Source of the DNA: the human T2T-CHM13v2.0 reference genome, Homo sapiens
Reading direction: 5' to 3' (one strand)
DNA: 64,000 nt
Assembly (NCBI RefSeq): GCF_009914755.1
Contig: NC_060933.1
Positions 30,301 to 44,960 of the stretch are shown in pieces (position 1 is the stretch's first letter; each line of letters opens with the position of its first letter). The notes beneath the pieces were generated by a model. The model did no database searches and was not told the DNA's origin. It was given only the letters and a program-made list of their open reading frames with translations. The translations under genes and the position numbers were made by a program.

Positions 30301-32680
30301 TTCCATTCCGGATGATTCCATTCCATTGCATTCCATTCCATTCCATTCCTCTCCATTCCATTGCACTCGGGTTGATTCCATTCCATTCCATTCCATTCCA
30401 TTCCATTACATTACATTACATTACATTCCGTTCCTTTGTACTCGGGTTGATTCCTTTCCATTGCATTCCATTCCATTCCATTCCATTCCATTCCGTTCCA
30501 TTCCATTACATTCGGATTGATTCTATTCAACTCCCTTACTCTCCATTACATTCCATTCCATTCGGGTTGTTCCATTCCATTCCATTCCATTCCACTCCAT
30601 TCCATTGTGCTCGGGTTGATTCCATTCCATTCCATTCCATTCCATTCCATTCCATTCCATTCCGGATGATTCCATTCCATTGCATTCCGTTCCATTACAT
30701 TCCCTTGCACTCGGGTTGATTCCATTCCATTCCATTCCATTCCATTCCATTCCATTCCATTCCAATTCTTTCCATTCCATTCTATTCCGTACCATTCCAT
30801 TCCATTCCATACAATTCCATTCCATTCCATTCCACTCCGTTCCGTTCCTTTCCGTTCTGTTCCGTTCCATTCCATTCCATTCCATTCTATTCGGTTTAAT
30901 TCCATTCCATTCCATTCCATTCCATTCCATTCTATTCCATTCCATTGCAATCGAGTTGAATCCATTGCATTCCATTCCATTCCATTCCATTCCGGAAGAT
31001 TCCATTCCATTGCATTCCATTCCATTCCATTCCATTCCATTCCATTCCATTCCATTCCATTCCATTGTACTCGGGTTGATTCCATTCCATTGCATTCCAT
31101 TCCATTCCATTCCATTCCATTCCATTCCGTTCCATTCCATTACATTCGGATTGATTCTATTCAACTCCCTTACTCTCCATTACATTCCATTCCATTCGGG
31201 TTGTTCCATTCCATTCCATTCCATTCCACTCCATTCCATTGTGCTCGGGTTGATTCCATTCCATTCCATTCCATTCCATTCCATTCCATTCCATTCCGGA
31301 TGATTCCATTCCATTGCATTCCGTTCCATTACATTCCCTTGCACTCGGGTTGATTCCATTCCATTCCATTCCATTCCATTCCATTCCATTCCATTCCAAT
31401 TCTTTCCATTCCATTCTATTCCGTACCATTCCATTCCATTCCATACAATTCCATTCCATTCCATTCCACTCCGTTCCGTTCCTTTCCGTTCTGTTCCGTT
31501 CCATTCCATTCCATTCCATTCTATTCGGTTTAATTCCATTCCATTCCATTCCATTCCATTCCATTCTATTCCATTCCATTGCAATCGAGTTGAATCCATT
31601 GCATTCCATTCCATTCCATTCCATTCCGGAAGATTCCATTCCATTGCATTCCATTCCATTCCATTCCATTCCATTCCATTCCATTCCATTCCATTCCATT
31701 CCATTGTACTCGGGTTGATTCCATTCCATTGCATTCCATTCCATTCCATTCCATTCCGTTCCATTCCATTCCATTACATTCGGATTGATTCTTTTCAACT
31801 CCCTTACTCTCCATTACATTCCATTCCATTCGGGTTGTTCCATTCCATTCCATACCATTCCACTCCATTCCATTGCACTCGGCTTGATTCCATTCCATTC
31901 CATTCCGGATGATTCCATTCCACTGCATTCCGTTCCATTACGTTTCCCTGCACTCGGGTTGATTCCATTCCATTCCTTTCCATTCCATTCGATTCCATTC
32001 CCTTCCCCTGCACGCGCGTTGATTACATTCCATTCCATTCCATTCCATTCCATTCCTTTTCATTCCATTCCTTTCCCTTCCATTCCATTCCATTCCATTA
32101 CATTCCGTTCCGTTCCATACCATTCCATTCCATTCTATTCGGGTTAATTCCATTCCATTCCATTCGATTGCAATCGAGTTGATTCCATTCCATTCCATAC
32201 CATTCGATTGCAATCGAGTTGATTCCATTCCATTCCATTCCATTCCATTCCATTCCATTCCAGTCCTTTCCATTCCTTTCCATTCCATTACTGATGATTC
32301 CATTCCATTCCATTCCATTCCATTCCATTCCATTACATTCCATTCCATTCCGTTCCATTGTACTCGGGTTGATTCCATTCCATTGCATTCCATTCCATTC
32401 CATTCCATTCCATTCCATTCCATTCCGTTCCATTCCATTACATTCGGATTGATTCTATTCAACTCCCTTACTCTCCATTACATTCCATTCCATTGGGGTT
32501 GTTCCATTCCATTCCATTCCATTCCACTCCATTCCATTGCACTCGGGTTGATTCCATTCCATTCCATTCCATTCCATTCCATTCCCCTGCACTCGCGTTG
32601 ATTCCATTCCATTCCATTCTATTCCATTCCATTCCCTTCCTTTCCGTTCCATTCCATTACATTCCATTCCATTCCGTTCC
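27345..32680 (+). repeat. ~2.38-kb tandem duplication whose second copy contains an internal 634-bp duplication
   Basis: Rare variants CCGTATCCTT (27561/29943) and TGATACCAAT (27841/30218), plus TGTGCTCGGG, GCACGCGCG, ATTACTGATG and ATTGGGGTTG (29501/32492). The offset rises from ~2380 to ~2990 across the internal duplication. Confidence 0.88.
30507..31774 (+). repeat. 634-bp near-perfect tandem duplication
   Basis: TACATTCGGATTG starts at 30507, 31141 and 31775. ORF pairs 30523/31157, 30546/31180 and 30680/31314 have almost identical translations. Confidence 0.92.
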
Positions 32681-35600
32681 GTTCCGTTCCATTGCATTCC
32701 ATTCCATTCTATTCGGGTTAATTCCACTCCATTCCATTCGATTGCAATCGAGTTGATTCCATTCCATTCCATTCCATTCCATTCCATTCCTTTCCATTCC
32801 ATTACGGATGATTCCATTCCATTGCATTCCATTCCATTCCATTCCGCTGTACTCGGGTTGATTCCATTCCATTACATTCCAATCCATGCCATTCCACTCG
32901 TGTTGATTTCATTCTTTCCATTCCATTCAAGTTGAATCCATTCCATTGCATTCCATTCCATTCGATTCCATTCGATTGCACTCGGGTTGATTCCATTCCA
33001 CTGCATTCCATTCCATTCCATTCCATTCCATTCCGTTCCATTCCATTCCATTACATTCGGATTGATTCTATTCAATTCCCTTAGACTCCATTACATTCCA
33101 TTCCATTCGGGTAGTTTCCATTCCATTCCATTCCATTCCCCTCCATTCCATTGAACTCGGGTTGATTCCATTCCATTCCATTCCATTCCATTCCATTCAA
33201 TTCCATTCCGTTCCATTCCATTCCATTACATTCGGATTGATTCTATTCAACTCCCTTTCTCTCCATTACATTCCATTCCATTCGGGTTGTTCCATTCCAT
33301 TCCATTCCATTCCACTCCATTCCATTGCACTCGGGTTTATTCCATTCCATTCCATTCCATTCCATTCCATTCCATTCCATTCCGGAATATTCCATTCCAT
33401 TGCATTCCATTCCATTCCATTCCATTGCATTCCATTCCATTCCATTCCCCTGCACTCGCGTTGATTCCATTCCATTCCATTCCATACCATTCCTTTCCGT
33501 TCCATTCCATTCCATTCCATTCCATTCCAATCCATTCCATTCCGTTCCGTTCCGTTCCATTCCATTCCATTCCATTCTATTCGGGTTAATTCCATTCCAT
33601 TCCGTTCGATTGCAATCGAGTTGATTCCATTCCATTCCATTCCATTCCATTCCATTCCTTTCCATTCCATTACGGATGATTCCATTCCATTGCATTCCGT
33701 TCCATTCCATTCCTCTGTACTCGGGTTGATTCCATTCCATTCCATTCCAATCCATGCCATTCCACTCGTGTTGATTCCATTCTTTCCATTTGATTCAAGT
33801 TGAATCCATTCCTTTGCATTCCATTCCATTCCATTCCCCTGCAGTCGGGTTGTTTCCATTCCATTCCATTCCATTCCCCTGCTGTCGGGTTGTTTCCATT
33901 CCATTCCATTCCATTCCATTCCATTCCATTCCATTCCGTTCCGTTCCATTCCATTCCATTCCATTCTATTCGGGTTAATTCCATTCCATTCCATTCCATT
34001 CCATTCCAATCGAGTTGATTCCATTCCATTCCATTTCATTCCATTCCACTCCAGTCCTTTCCATTCCTTTCCATTCCATTACGGATGATTCCATTCCATT
34101 GCTTTCCATTCCATTCCATTCCCCTGTACTCGGGTTGATTCCATTCCATTCCATTCCAATCCATGCCATTCCGTTCCGTTCCATTCCATTCCATTCCATT
34201 CCATTCCATTCCATTCCGTTCCGTTTCGGAAGATTCCATTCCATTGCATTCCATTCCATTCCATTCCGTTCCGTTCCGGAAGATTCCATTCCATTGCATT
34301 CCATTCCATTCCATTCCCCTGCACTTGCGTTGATTCCATTCCATTCCATTCCATTCCATTCCATTCCATTCAATTCCATTCCATTACAATTCGTTCCATT
34401 CCATTCTATTCCGTACCATTCCATTCCGTTCCATACCATTCCATTCCATTCCATTCCATTCCGTTCCATTCCGTTCCATTCCATTCCATTCCATTGTATT
34501 CGGATTAATTCCATTTCATTTCATTCCATTCCATTCTATTCCATTCCATTGCAATCGAGTTGAATCCATTGCATTTCATTCCATTCCATTCCATTCCATT
34601 CCATTCCGGAAGATTCCATTCCATTGCATTCCATTCCATTCCATTCCCCTGAACTCGCGTTGATTCCATTCCATTCCATTCCATTCCATTCCATTCCATT
34701 CCGTTCCGTCCCATTCCATTCCATTCCATTCTATTCGGGTTAATTCCATTGCATTCCATTCGATTGCAATCGAGTTGATTCCATTCCATTCCATTCCATT
34801 CCATTCCATTCCATTCCTTTCCATTCCATTACGGATGATTCCATTCCATTGCATTCCATTCCATTCCATTCCCCTGTACTCGGGTTGATTCCATTCCATT
34901 CCATTCCAATCCATGCCATTCCACTCGTGTTGATTCCATTCTTTCCATTCCATTCAAGTTGAATCCATTCCTTTACATTCCATTCCATTCGATTCTATTT
35001 GATTGCACTCGGGTTGATTCCATTCCATTCCATTCCATTCCGTTCCATTCCATTCCATTACATTCGGATTGATTCTATTCAATTCCCTTACACTCCATTA
35101 CATTCCATTCCATTTGGGTAGTTTCCATTCCATTCCATTCCATTCCTCTCCATTCCATTGCACGCGGGTTGATTCCATTCCACTGCATTCCATTCCATTC
35201 CATTCAATTCCATTCCGTTCCATTCCATTCCATTACATTCGGATTGATTCTATTCAACTCCCTTACTCTCCATTACATTCCATTCCATTCGGGTTGTTCC
35301 ATTCCATTCCATTCCATTCCACTCCATTCCATTGCACTCGGGTTGATTCCATTCCATTCCATTCCATTCCATTCCATTCCATTCCATTCCGGAAGATTCC
35401 ATTCCATTGCATTCCATTCCATTCCATTCCCCTGCACTCGCGTTTATTCCATTCCATTCCATTCTATTCCATTCCATTCCCTTCCTTTCCGTTCCTTTCC
35501 ATTCCATTCCATTCCATTCCATTCCGTTCCGTTCCATTCCATTCCATTCCATTCTATTCGGGTTAATTCCATTCCATTCCATTCGATTGCAATCGAGTTG

Positions 35601-35730
35601 ATTCCATTCCATTCCATTCCATTCCATTCCATTCCATTCCATTCTATTCCATTCCATTGCAATCGTGTTGAATCCATTGCATTTGATTCCATTCCATTCC
35701 ATTCCATTCCATTCCATTCCATTCCATTCC

Positions 35731-35930
35731 ATTCCGGAAGATTCCATTCCATTGCATTCCATTCCATTCCATTCCCCTGCACTCGAGGTGATTCCATTCC
35801 ATTCCATTCCATTCCATTCCATTCCATTCCATTCCGGAAGATTCCATTCCATTGCATTCCATTCCATTCCATTCCCCTGCACTCGAGGTGATTCCATTCC
35901 ATTCCATTCCATTCCATTCCATTCCATTCC
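35731..35930 (+). repeat. 100-bp tandem duplication
   Basis: The otherwise unseen ACTCGAGGTG occurs at 35781 and 35881, each preceded by ATTCCGGAAG (35731, 35831). Confidence 0.85.
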
Positions 35931-38900
35931 GTTCCGTTCCATTCCTCTCCATTCCATTCCGTTCTGTTCCATTCCATTCCATTCCATTCCATTCCATTTC
36001 GTTCCATTCCATTCTATTCCGTATCTTTCCATTCCATTCCATGCCATTCCACTCCATTCCATTCCATTCCATTCCACTCGTGTTGATTCCATTCCTTTCC
36101 ATTCCATTCGGTTTGAAGGTATTCCAATCCATTCCATTCCATTCCATTGCATTCCATTCCATTCCATTCCATTGTACTCAGGTTGATTCCATTCCATTGC
36201 ATTCAATTCCATTCCATTCCATTCCATTCCGTTTCATTCCATTCCATTACATTCGGATTGATTCTATTCAACTCCCTTACTCTCCATTTCATTCCATTCC
36301 ATTCGGGTTATTCCATTCATTCCATTCCATTCCACTCCATTCCATTGCACTCGGGTTGATTCCATTCCATTCCATTCCATTCCATTCCATTCCGGATGAT
36401 TCCATTCCATTGCATTCCGTTCCATTACATTCCCCTGCACTCGCGTTGATTCCATTCCATTCCATTCCATTCCATTCCATTCCATTCAATTCCATTCCAT
36501 TACAATTCGTTCCATTCCATTCTATTCCGTAGCATTCCGTTTCATTCCATACCATTCCATTCCATTCCATTCCATTCCATTCCATTTCATTCCATTCCAT
36601 TCCGTTCCATTCTGTTCCATTCCATTCCATTCCATTCTATTCGGATTAATTCCATTCCATTCCATTCCATTCCATTCTATTCCATTCCATTGCAATCAAG
36701 TTGAATCCATTGCATTTCATTCCATTCCATTCCATTCCATTCCATTCCGGAAGATTCCATTCCATTGCATTCCATTCCATTCCATTCCCCTGCACTCGCG
36801 TTGATTCCATTCCATTCCATTCCATTCCATTCCATTCCGTTCCGTTCCATTCCATTCCATTCCATTCCATTCCATTACGTTCCGTTCCATTCCATTCCAT
36901 TCCAGTCTATTCGGGTTAATTCCATTCCATTCCATTCGTTTGCAATCGTGTTGATTCCATTCCATTCCATTCCATTCCATTCCATTCCATTCCATTCCTT
37001 TCCATTCCATTACGGATGATTCCATTCCATTGCATTCCATTCCATTCCATTCCCCTGTACTCGGGTTGATTCCATTCCATTGCATTCCAATCCATGCCCT
37101 TCCACTCGTGTTGATTCCATTCTTTCCATTCCATTCAAATTGAATCCATTCCATTGCATTCCATTCCATTCGATTCCATTCGATTGCACTCGGGTTGATT
37201 CCATTCCATTGCATCCCATTCCATTCCATTCAATTCCATTCCGTTCCATTCCATTCCATTACATTCGGATTGATTCTATTCAACTCCCTTTGTCTCCATT
37301 ACATTCCATTCCATTCGGGTTGTTCCATTCCATTCCATTCCATTCCACTCCATTCCATTGCACTCGGGTTTATTCCATTCCATTCCTTTCCATTCCATTC
37401 AATTCCATTCCATTCCGGAAGATTGCATTCCATTGCATTCCATTCCATTCTATTCCCCTGCACTCGCGTTGATTCCATTCCATTCCATTCCATTCCATTC
37501 CATTCCATTCCATTCCTTTCCGTTCCGTTCCATTCCATTCCATTCCATTCCGTTGCGTTCCATTCCATTCCATTACATTCGGATTGATTCTATTCAATTC
37601 CCTTACACTCCATTACATTCCATTCCATTCGGGTAGTTTCCATTGCATTCCATTCCATTCCTCTCCATTCCATTGCACTCGGGTTAATTCCATTCCATTG
37701 CATTCCATTCCATTCCATTCCATTCAATTCCATTCCGTTCCATTCCATTCCATTGTACTCGGGTTGATTCCATTCCATTGCATTCCATTCCATTCCATTC
37801 CATTCCGTTCCGTTGCATTCCATTCCATTACATTCGGATTGATTCTATTCAACTCCCTTACTCTCCATTACATTCCATTCCATTCGGGTTGTTCCATTCC
37901 ATTCCATTCCATTCCACTCCATTCCATTGCACTCGGGTTGATTCCATTCCATTCCATTCCATTCCATTCCATTCCATTCCATTCCATTCCGGATGATTCC
38001 ATTCCATTGCATTCCGTTCCATTACATTCCCCTGCACTCGCGTTGATTCCATTCCATTCCATTCCATTCCATTCAATTACATTCCATTACAATTCGTTCC
38101 ATTCCATTCTATTCCGTACCATTCTATTCCATTCCATACCATTCCATTCCATTCCATTCCATTCCATTCCTTTCCGTTCCATTCTGTTCCATTCCATTCC
38201 ATTCCATTCTATTCTGGTTAATTCCATTCCATTCCATTCCTTTCCATTCCATTACGGATGATTCCATTCCATTGCATTCCATTCCATTCCATTTTCCTCT
38301 ACTCGGGTTGATTCCATTCCATTCCATTCCAATCCATGCCATTCCACTCGTGTTGATTCCATTCTTTCCATTCCATTCAAGTTGAATGCATTCCATTGCA
38401 TTCCATTCCTTTCCATTCACCTGCAGTCGGGTTGATTCCATTCCATTCCATTCCATTCCATTCCATTCCATTCTGTTCCGTTCCGTTCCATTCCATTCCA
38501 TTCCATTCTATTCGGGTTAATTCCATTCCATTCCATTCCATTCCATTCCATTCCATTCCAATCGAGTTGATTCCATTCCATTCCATTCCATTCCATTCCA
38601 TTCCATTCCATTCCAGTCCTTTCCATTCCATTCCACTCGGGTTGATTCCAATGTATTCCTTTCCATTCCATTCCATTCCATTGCAATCGAGTTGATTCCA
38701 TTGCTTTGCATTCCATTCCATTCCATTCCATTCCGGATGATTCCATTCTATTGCATTCCATTCCATTCCATTCCCCTGCACTCGGGTTGATTCCATTCCA
38801 TTCCACTCCATTCCGTTCCATTCCATTCCATTCCATTGTATTCGGGTTAATTCCATTCCATTCCATTCCATTCCATTCCATTCCATTCCATTCCATTCCT

Positions 38901-39649
38901 TTCCATTACAATCGAGTTGATTCCATTCCATTCCATTCCATTCCATTCCATTCCATTCCAGTCCTTTCCATTCCATTCCATTCCATTCTATTCGGTTTAA
39001 TTCCATTCCTTTCCATTCCATTCCATTCCATTCCATTCTATTCCATTCCATTCCCTTCCTTTCCTTTCCGTTCCATTCCATTCCATTCCATTCCATTCTA
39101 TTCGGTTTAATTCCATTCCATTCCATTCCATTCCATTCTATTCCATTCCATGGCAATCGAGTTGAATGCATTGCATTCCATTCCATTCCATTCCATTCCA
39201 TTCCATTCCATTCCGGAAGATTCCATTCCATTGCATTCCATTCCATTCCATTCCATTCCATTCCATTGTACTCGTGTTGCTTCCATTACATTGCATTCCA
39301 TTCCATTCCATTCCATTCCATTCCATTCCGTTCCATTCCATTCCATTACATTCGGATTGATTCTTTTCAACTCCCTTAATCTCCATTACATTCCATTCCA
39401 TTCGGGTTGGTCCATTCCATTCCATTCCATTCAACTCCATTCCATTGCACTCGGGTTGATTCCATTCCATTCCATTCCTTTCCATTCCGGATGATTCCAT
39501 TCCATTGCATTCCGTTTCATTACATTCCCCTGCACTCGGGTTGATTCCATTCCATTCCATTCCATTCCATTCGATTCCATTCCATTCCCCTGCACTCGCG
39601 TTGATTCCATTCCATTCCATTCCATTCCATTCCATTCCATTCCATTCCT

Positions 39650-41400
39650 TTCCATTCCAGTCCTTTCCATTCCATTCCACTCGGGTTGATTCCATTCTAT
39701 TATTTTCCATTCCATTCCATTCCCTTCCATTCCACTCTGGTTGATTCCATTCCTTTCCATTCCACTCGAATACATTCCCTCCTATTCCACTCGGAACGAT
39801 TCCATTCCATTCCATTCCATTCTATTCCATTCCATTCCATTCCACTCCATTCTATTCCATTCCATTCCATTCCATTCCATTCCTTTCCATTCCAGTCCTT
39901 TCCATTCCATTCCACTCGGGTTGATTCCATTCTATTAGTTTCCATTCCATTCCATTCCCTTCCATTCCACTCTGGTTGATTCCATTCCATTCCATTCCAT
40001 TCCATTCCATTCCATTCCATTCCATTTTGTTCCATTCCATTCTATTCCGTATCATTCCATTCCATTCCATTCCATTCCATTGCATTCCATTCCATTCCAC
40101 TCGTGTTGATTCCATTCCTTTCCATTCCATTCGGTTTGAAGGCATTCCATTCCATTCCGTTCCATTCCATTCCATTCCATTCCATTCCATTTCATTGTAC
40201 TCGGGTTGATTCCATTCCATTGGATTCCATTCCATTACATTCCATTCCATTCCGATGCATTCCATTCCATTACATTCGGATTGATTCTATTCAACTCCCT
40301 TACTCTCCATTACATTCCATTCCATTCGGGTTGTTCCATTCCATTCCATTCCATTCCACTCCATTCCATTGCTCTCGGGTTGATTCCATTCCATTCCATT
40401 CCATTCCATTCCATTACGGATGATTCCATTCCATTGCATTCCGTTCCATTACATTCCCCTAAACTCGCGTTGATTCCATTCCATTCCATTCCATTCCATT
40501 CAATTCCGTTCCATTACAATTCGTTCCATTCCATTCTATTCCATACCATTCCATTCCATTCCATACCATTCCATTGCATTCCATTCCATTCCATTCCGTT
40601 CCATTCCGTTCCATTCCATTCCATTCCATTCTATTCGGGTTAATTCCATTCCATTCCATTCCATTCCATTCCATTCCATTCCATTCCATTCTATTCCATT
40701 CCATTGCAATCGAGTTGAATCCATTGCATTTCATTCCATTCCATTCCATTCCGGAAGATTCCATTCCATTGCATTCCATTCCATTCCATTCCCCTGCACT
40801 CGCGTTGATTCCATTCCATTCCATTCCATTCCATTCCATTCCATTCCGTTCCGTTCCGTTCCATTCCATTCCATTCCATTCCATTCCGTTCCGTTCCATT
40901 CCATTCCATTCCATTCTATTCGGGTTAATTCCATTCCATTCCATTCGATTGCAATCGAGTTGATTCCATTCCATTCCATTCCATTCCATTCCATTCCATT
41001 CCTTTCCATTCCATTACGGATGATTCCATTCCATTGCATTCCATTCCAATCCATTCCCCTGTACTCGGCTTGATTCCATTCCATTCTATTCCAATCCATG
41101 CCATTCCACTCGTGTTGATTCCATTCTTTCCATTCCATTCAAGTTGAATCCATTCCATTGCATTCCATTCCATTCGATTCCATTCGATTGCACTCGGGTT
41201 GATTCCATTCCATTGCATTCCATTCCATTCCATTCCATTCCATTCCATTCCATTCCCTTCCATTCCATTCCATTACATTCGGATTGATTCTATTCAACTC
41301 CCTTACTCTCCATTCCATTCCATTCCATTCGGGTTGTTCCATTCCATTCCATTCCATTCCACTCCATTCCATTGCACTCGGGTTTATTCCATTCCATTCC
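39650..41400 (+). repeat. ~1.75-kb block duplicated at ~49190-50930
   Basis: Shared rare variants TATTATTTTCC, CATTTTGTTCC, GCTCTCGGG, CCCCTAAACTCGCG and GTACTCGGCTTG at offsets 9513-9543 (ORF starts 39741/49284, 40206/49734, 41284/50812). Confidence 0.85.
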
Positions 41401-43519
41401 ATTCCATTCCATTCCATTCCATTCCATTCCATTCTATTCCATTCCGAAAGATTCCATTCCATTGCATTCCATTCCATTCCATTCCCCTGCACTCGCGTTG
41501 ATTCCATTCCATTCCATTCCATTCCATTCCATTCCATTCCATTCCATCCCTTTCCGTTCCATTCCATTCCATTCCATTCCATTCCATTCCAATCCATTCC
41601 ATTCCGTTCCGTTCCATTCCATTCCAATCCATTCCATTCTATTCGGTTTAATTCCATTCCATTCCATTCGATTGCAATCCAGTTGATTCCATTCCATTCC
41701 ATTCCATTCCATTCCATTCCATTATATTCCTTTCCATTCCATTACGGATGATTCCATTCCATTGCATTCCATTCCATTCCATTCCCCTGTACTCGGGTTG
41801 ATTCTATTCCATTCCATTCCAATCCATGCCATTCCACTCGTGTTGATTCCATTCTTTCCATTCCATTCAAGTTGAATCCATTCCATTGCATTCCATTCCA
41901 TTCCATTCCCCTGCAGTCGGGTTGATTCCATTCCATTCCATTCCATTCCATTCCATTCCATTCCGTTCCGTTACATTCCATTCCACTCCATTCTCTTCGG
42001 GTTAATTCCATTCCATTCCATTACATTCCATTCCATTCCAATCGAGTTGATTCCATTCCATTCCATTCCATTCCATTCCACTCCATTCCACTCCTTTCCA
42101 TTCCATTCCACTCGGGTTGATTCCAATGTATTCCTTTCCATTCCATTCCATTCCATTGCAATCGAGTTGATTCCATTGCTTTGCATTCCATTCCATTCCA
42201 TTCCATTCCGGATGATTCCATTCCGTTGCATTCCATACCATTCTAATCCCCTGCACTCGGGTTGATTCCATTCCATTCCACTCCATTCCGTTCCATTCCA
42301 TTCCATTCCATTGTATTCGGGTTAATTCCATTCCATTCCATTCCATTCCATTCCATTCCATTCCATTCCATTACAATCGAGTTGATTCCATTCCATTCCA
42401 TTCCATTCCAGTCCTTTCCATTCCATTCCACTCGGGTTGATTCCATTCTATTAGTTTCCATTCCATTCCATTCCCTTCCATTCCAATCTGGTTGATTCCA
42501 TTCCTTTCCATTCCACACGAATACATTCCCTTCTATTCCACTCGGAACGATTCCATTCCATTCGATTCCAATCCATTCCATTCCATTCCATTCCATTTCG
42601 TTCCATTCCATTTTATTCCGTATCATTCCATTCCATTCCATTCCATTCCATTCCATTCCATTCCATTGTACTCGGGTTGATTCCATTCGATTGCATTCCA
42701 TTCCATTCCATTCCATTCCATTCCATTCCATTCCGTTGCATTCCATTCCATTACATTCGGATTCATTCTATTCAACTCCCTTACTCTCCATTACATTCCA
42801 TTCCATTCGGGTTGTTCCATTCCATTCCATTCCATTCCATTCCATTCCATTCCATTCCATTTCACTCGGGTTGATTCCATTCCTTTCCATTCCTTTCCAT
42901 TCCATTCCATTCCGGATGATTCCATTCCATTGCATTCCGTTCCATTACATTCCCCTGCTCTCGCGTTGATTCCATTCCATTCCATTCCATTCCATTCAAT
43001 CCCATTCCATTACAGTTCGTTCCATTCCATTCTATTCCGTACCATTCCATTCCATTCCATACCATTCCATTCCATTCCATTCCATTCCATTCCATTCGGT
43101 TCCATTCCGTTCCATTCCATTCCATTCCATTCTATTCGGATTAATTCCATTCCATTCCATTCCATTCCATTCAATTCCATTCCATTACAATTCGTTCCAT
43201 TCCATTCTATTCCGTACCATTCCATTCCGTTCCATACCATTCCATTCCATTCCATTCCATTCCGTTCCATTCCGTTTCATTACATTCCATTCCATTCTAT
43301 TCGAATTAAATCCATTCCATTCCATTCCATTCCATTCTATTCCATTCCATTGCAATCGAGTTGAACCCATTGCATTTCATTCCATTCCATTCCATTCCAT
43401 TCCATTCCGGAAGATTCCATTCCATTGCATTCCATTCCAATCCATTCCCCTGCACTCGAGTTGATTCCATGCCATTCCATTCCATTCCATTCCATTCCGT
43501 TCCGTTCCGTTCCATTCCA

Positions 43520-44960
43520 TTCCATTACATTCGGATTCATTCTATTCAACTCCCTTACTGTCCATTACATTCCATTCCATTCGGGTTGTTCCATTCCATT
43601 CCATTCCATTCCACTCCATTCCATTGCACTCGGGTTGATTCCATTCCATTCCATTCCATTCCATTCCATTCCATTGCATTCCGGAAGATTCCATTCCATT
43701 GCATTCCATTCCATTCCATTCTCCTGCACTCGCGTTGATTCCATTCCATTCCATTCTATTCCATTCCATTCCCTTCCTTTTCGTTCCATTCCATTCCATT
43801 CCATTCCATTCCATTCTATTCGGGTTAATTCCATTCCATTCCATTCCATTCCATTACAATCGAGTTGATTCCATTCCATTCCATTCCATTCCAGTCTTTT
43901 CCATTCCATTCCTCTCGGGTTGATTCCATTCTATTAGTTTCCATTCCATTCCATTCCCTTCCATTCCACTCTGGTTGATTCCATTCCTTTCCATTCCACT
44001 CGAATACATTCCCTCCTATTCCACTCGGAACGATTCCATTCCATTCCGTTCCATTCCATTCCATTCCATTCCATTCCATTCCATTTCGTTCCATTCCATT
44101 CTATTCCGTATCATTCCATTCCATTCAATTCCCTTCCATTCCATTCCATTCCATTTCGTTCCATTCCATTCTATTCCGTATCATTCCATTCCATTCCATT
44201 CCATTCCATTCCATTCCATTCCATTCCATTCCATTGAACTCGGGTTGATTCCATTCCATTCCATTCCATTCCATTCCATTCAATTCCATTCCGTTCCATT
44301 CCATTCCATTACATTCTGATTCATTCTATTCAACTCCCTTACTCTCCATTCCATTCCATTCCATTCTGGTTGTTCCATTCCATTCCATTCCATTCCACTC
44401 CATTCCATTGCACTCGGGTTGATTCCATTCCATTCCATTCCATTCCATTCCATTCCATTCCGGAAGATTCCATTCCATTGCATTCCATTCCATTCCATTC
44501 CCCTGCACTCGCGTTGATTCCATTCCATTCCATTCTATTCCATTCCATTCTCTTCCTTTTCGTTCCATTCCATTCCATTCCATTCCATTCCATTCCATTC
44601 CATTCGGGTTAATTCCATTCCATTCCATTCCATTCCATTACAATCGAGTTGATTCCATTCCATTCCATTCCATTCCAGTCTTTTCCATTCCATTCCTCTC
44701 GGGTTGATTCCATTCTATTAGTTTCCATTCCATTCCATTCCCTTCCATTCCACTCTGGTTGATTCCATTCCTTTCCATTCCACTCGAATACATTCCCTCC
44801 TATTCCACTCGGAACGATTCCATTCCATTCCATTCCATTCCATTCCATTCCATTCCATTCCATTCCATTCCATTCCATTTCGTTCCATTCCATTCTATTC
44901 CGTATCATTCCATTCCATTCCATTCCATTCCATTCCATTCCATTCCATTCCATTGTACTC
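43520..44960 (+). repeat. 784-bp tandem duplication
   Basis: CCAGTCTTTTCC...CCTCTCGGG at 43891 and 44675; CCTTTTCGTTCC and GATTCATTCTATTC in both copies; ORF starts 43975/44759. Confidence 0.8.
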
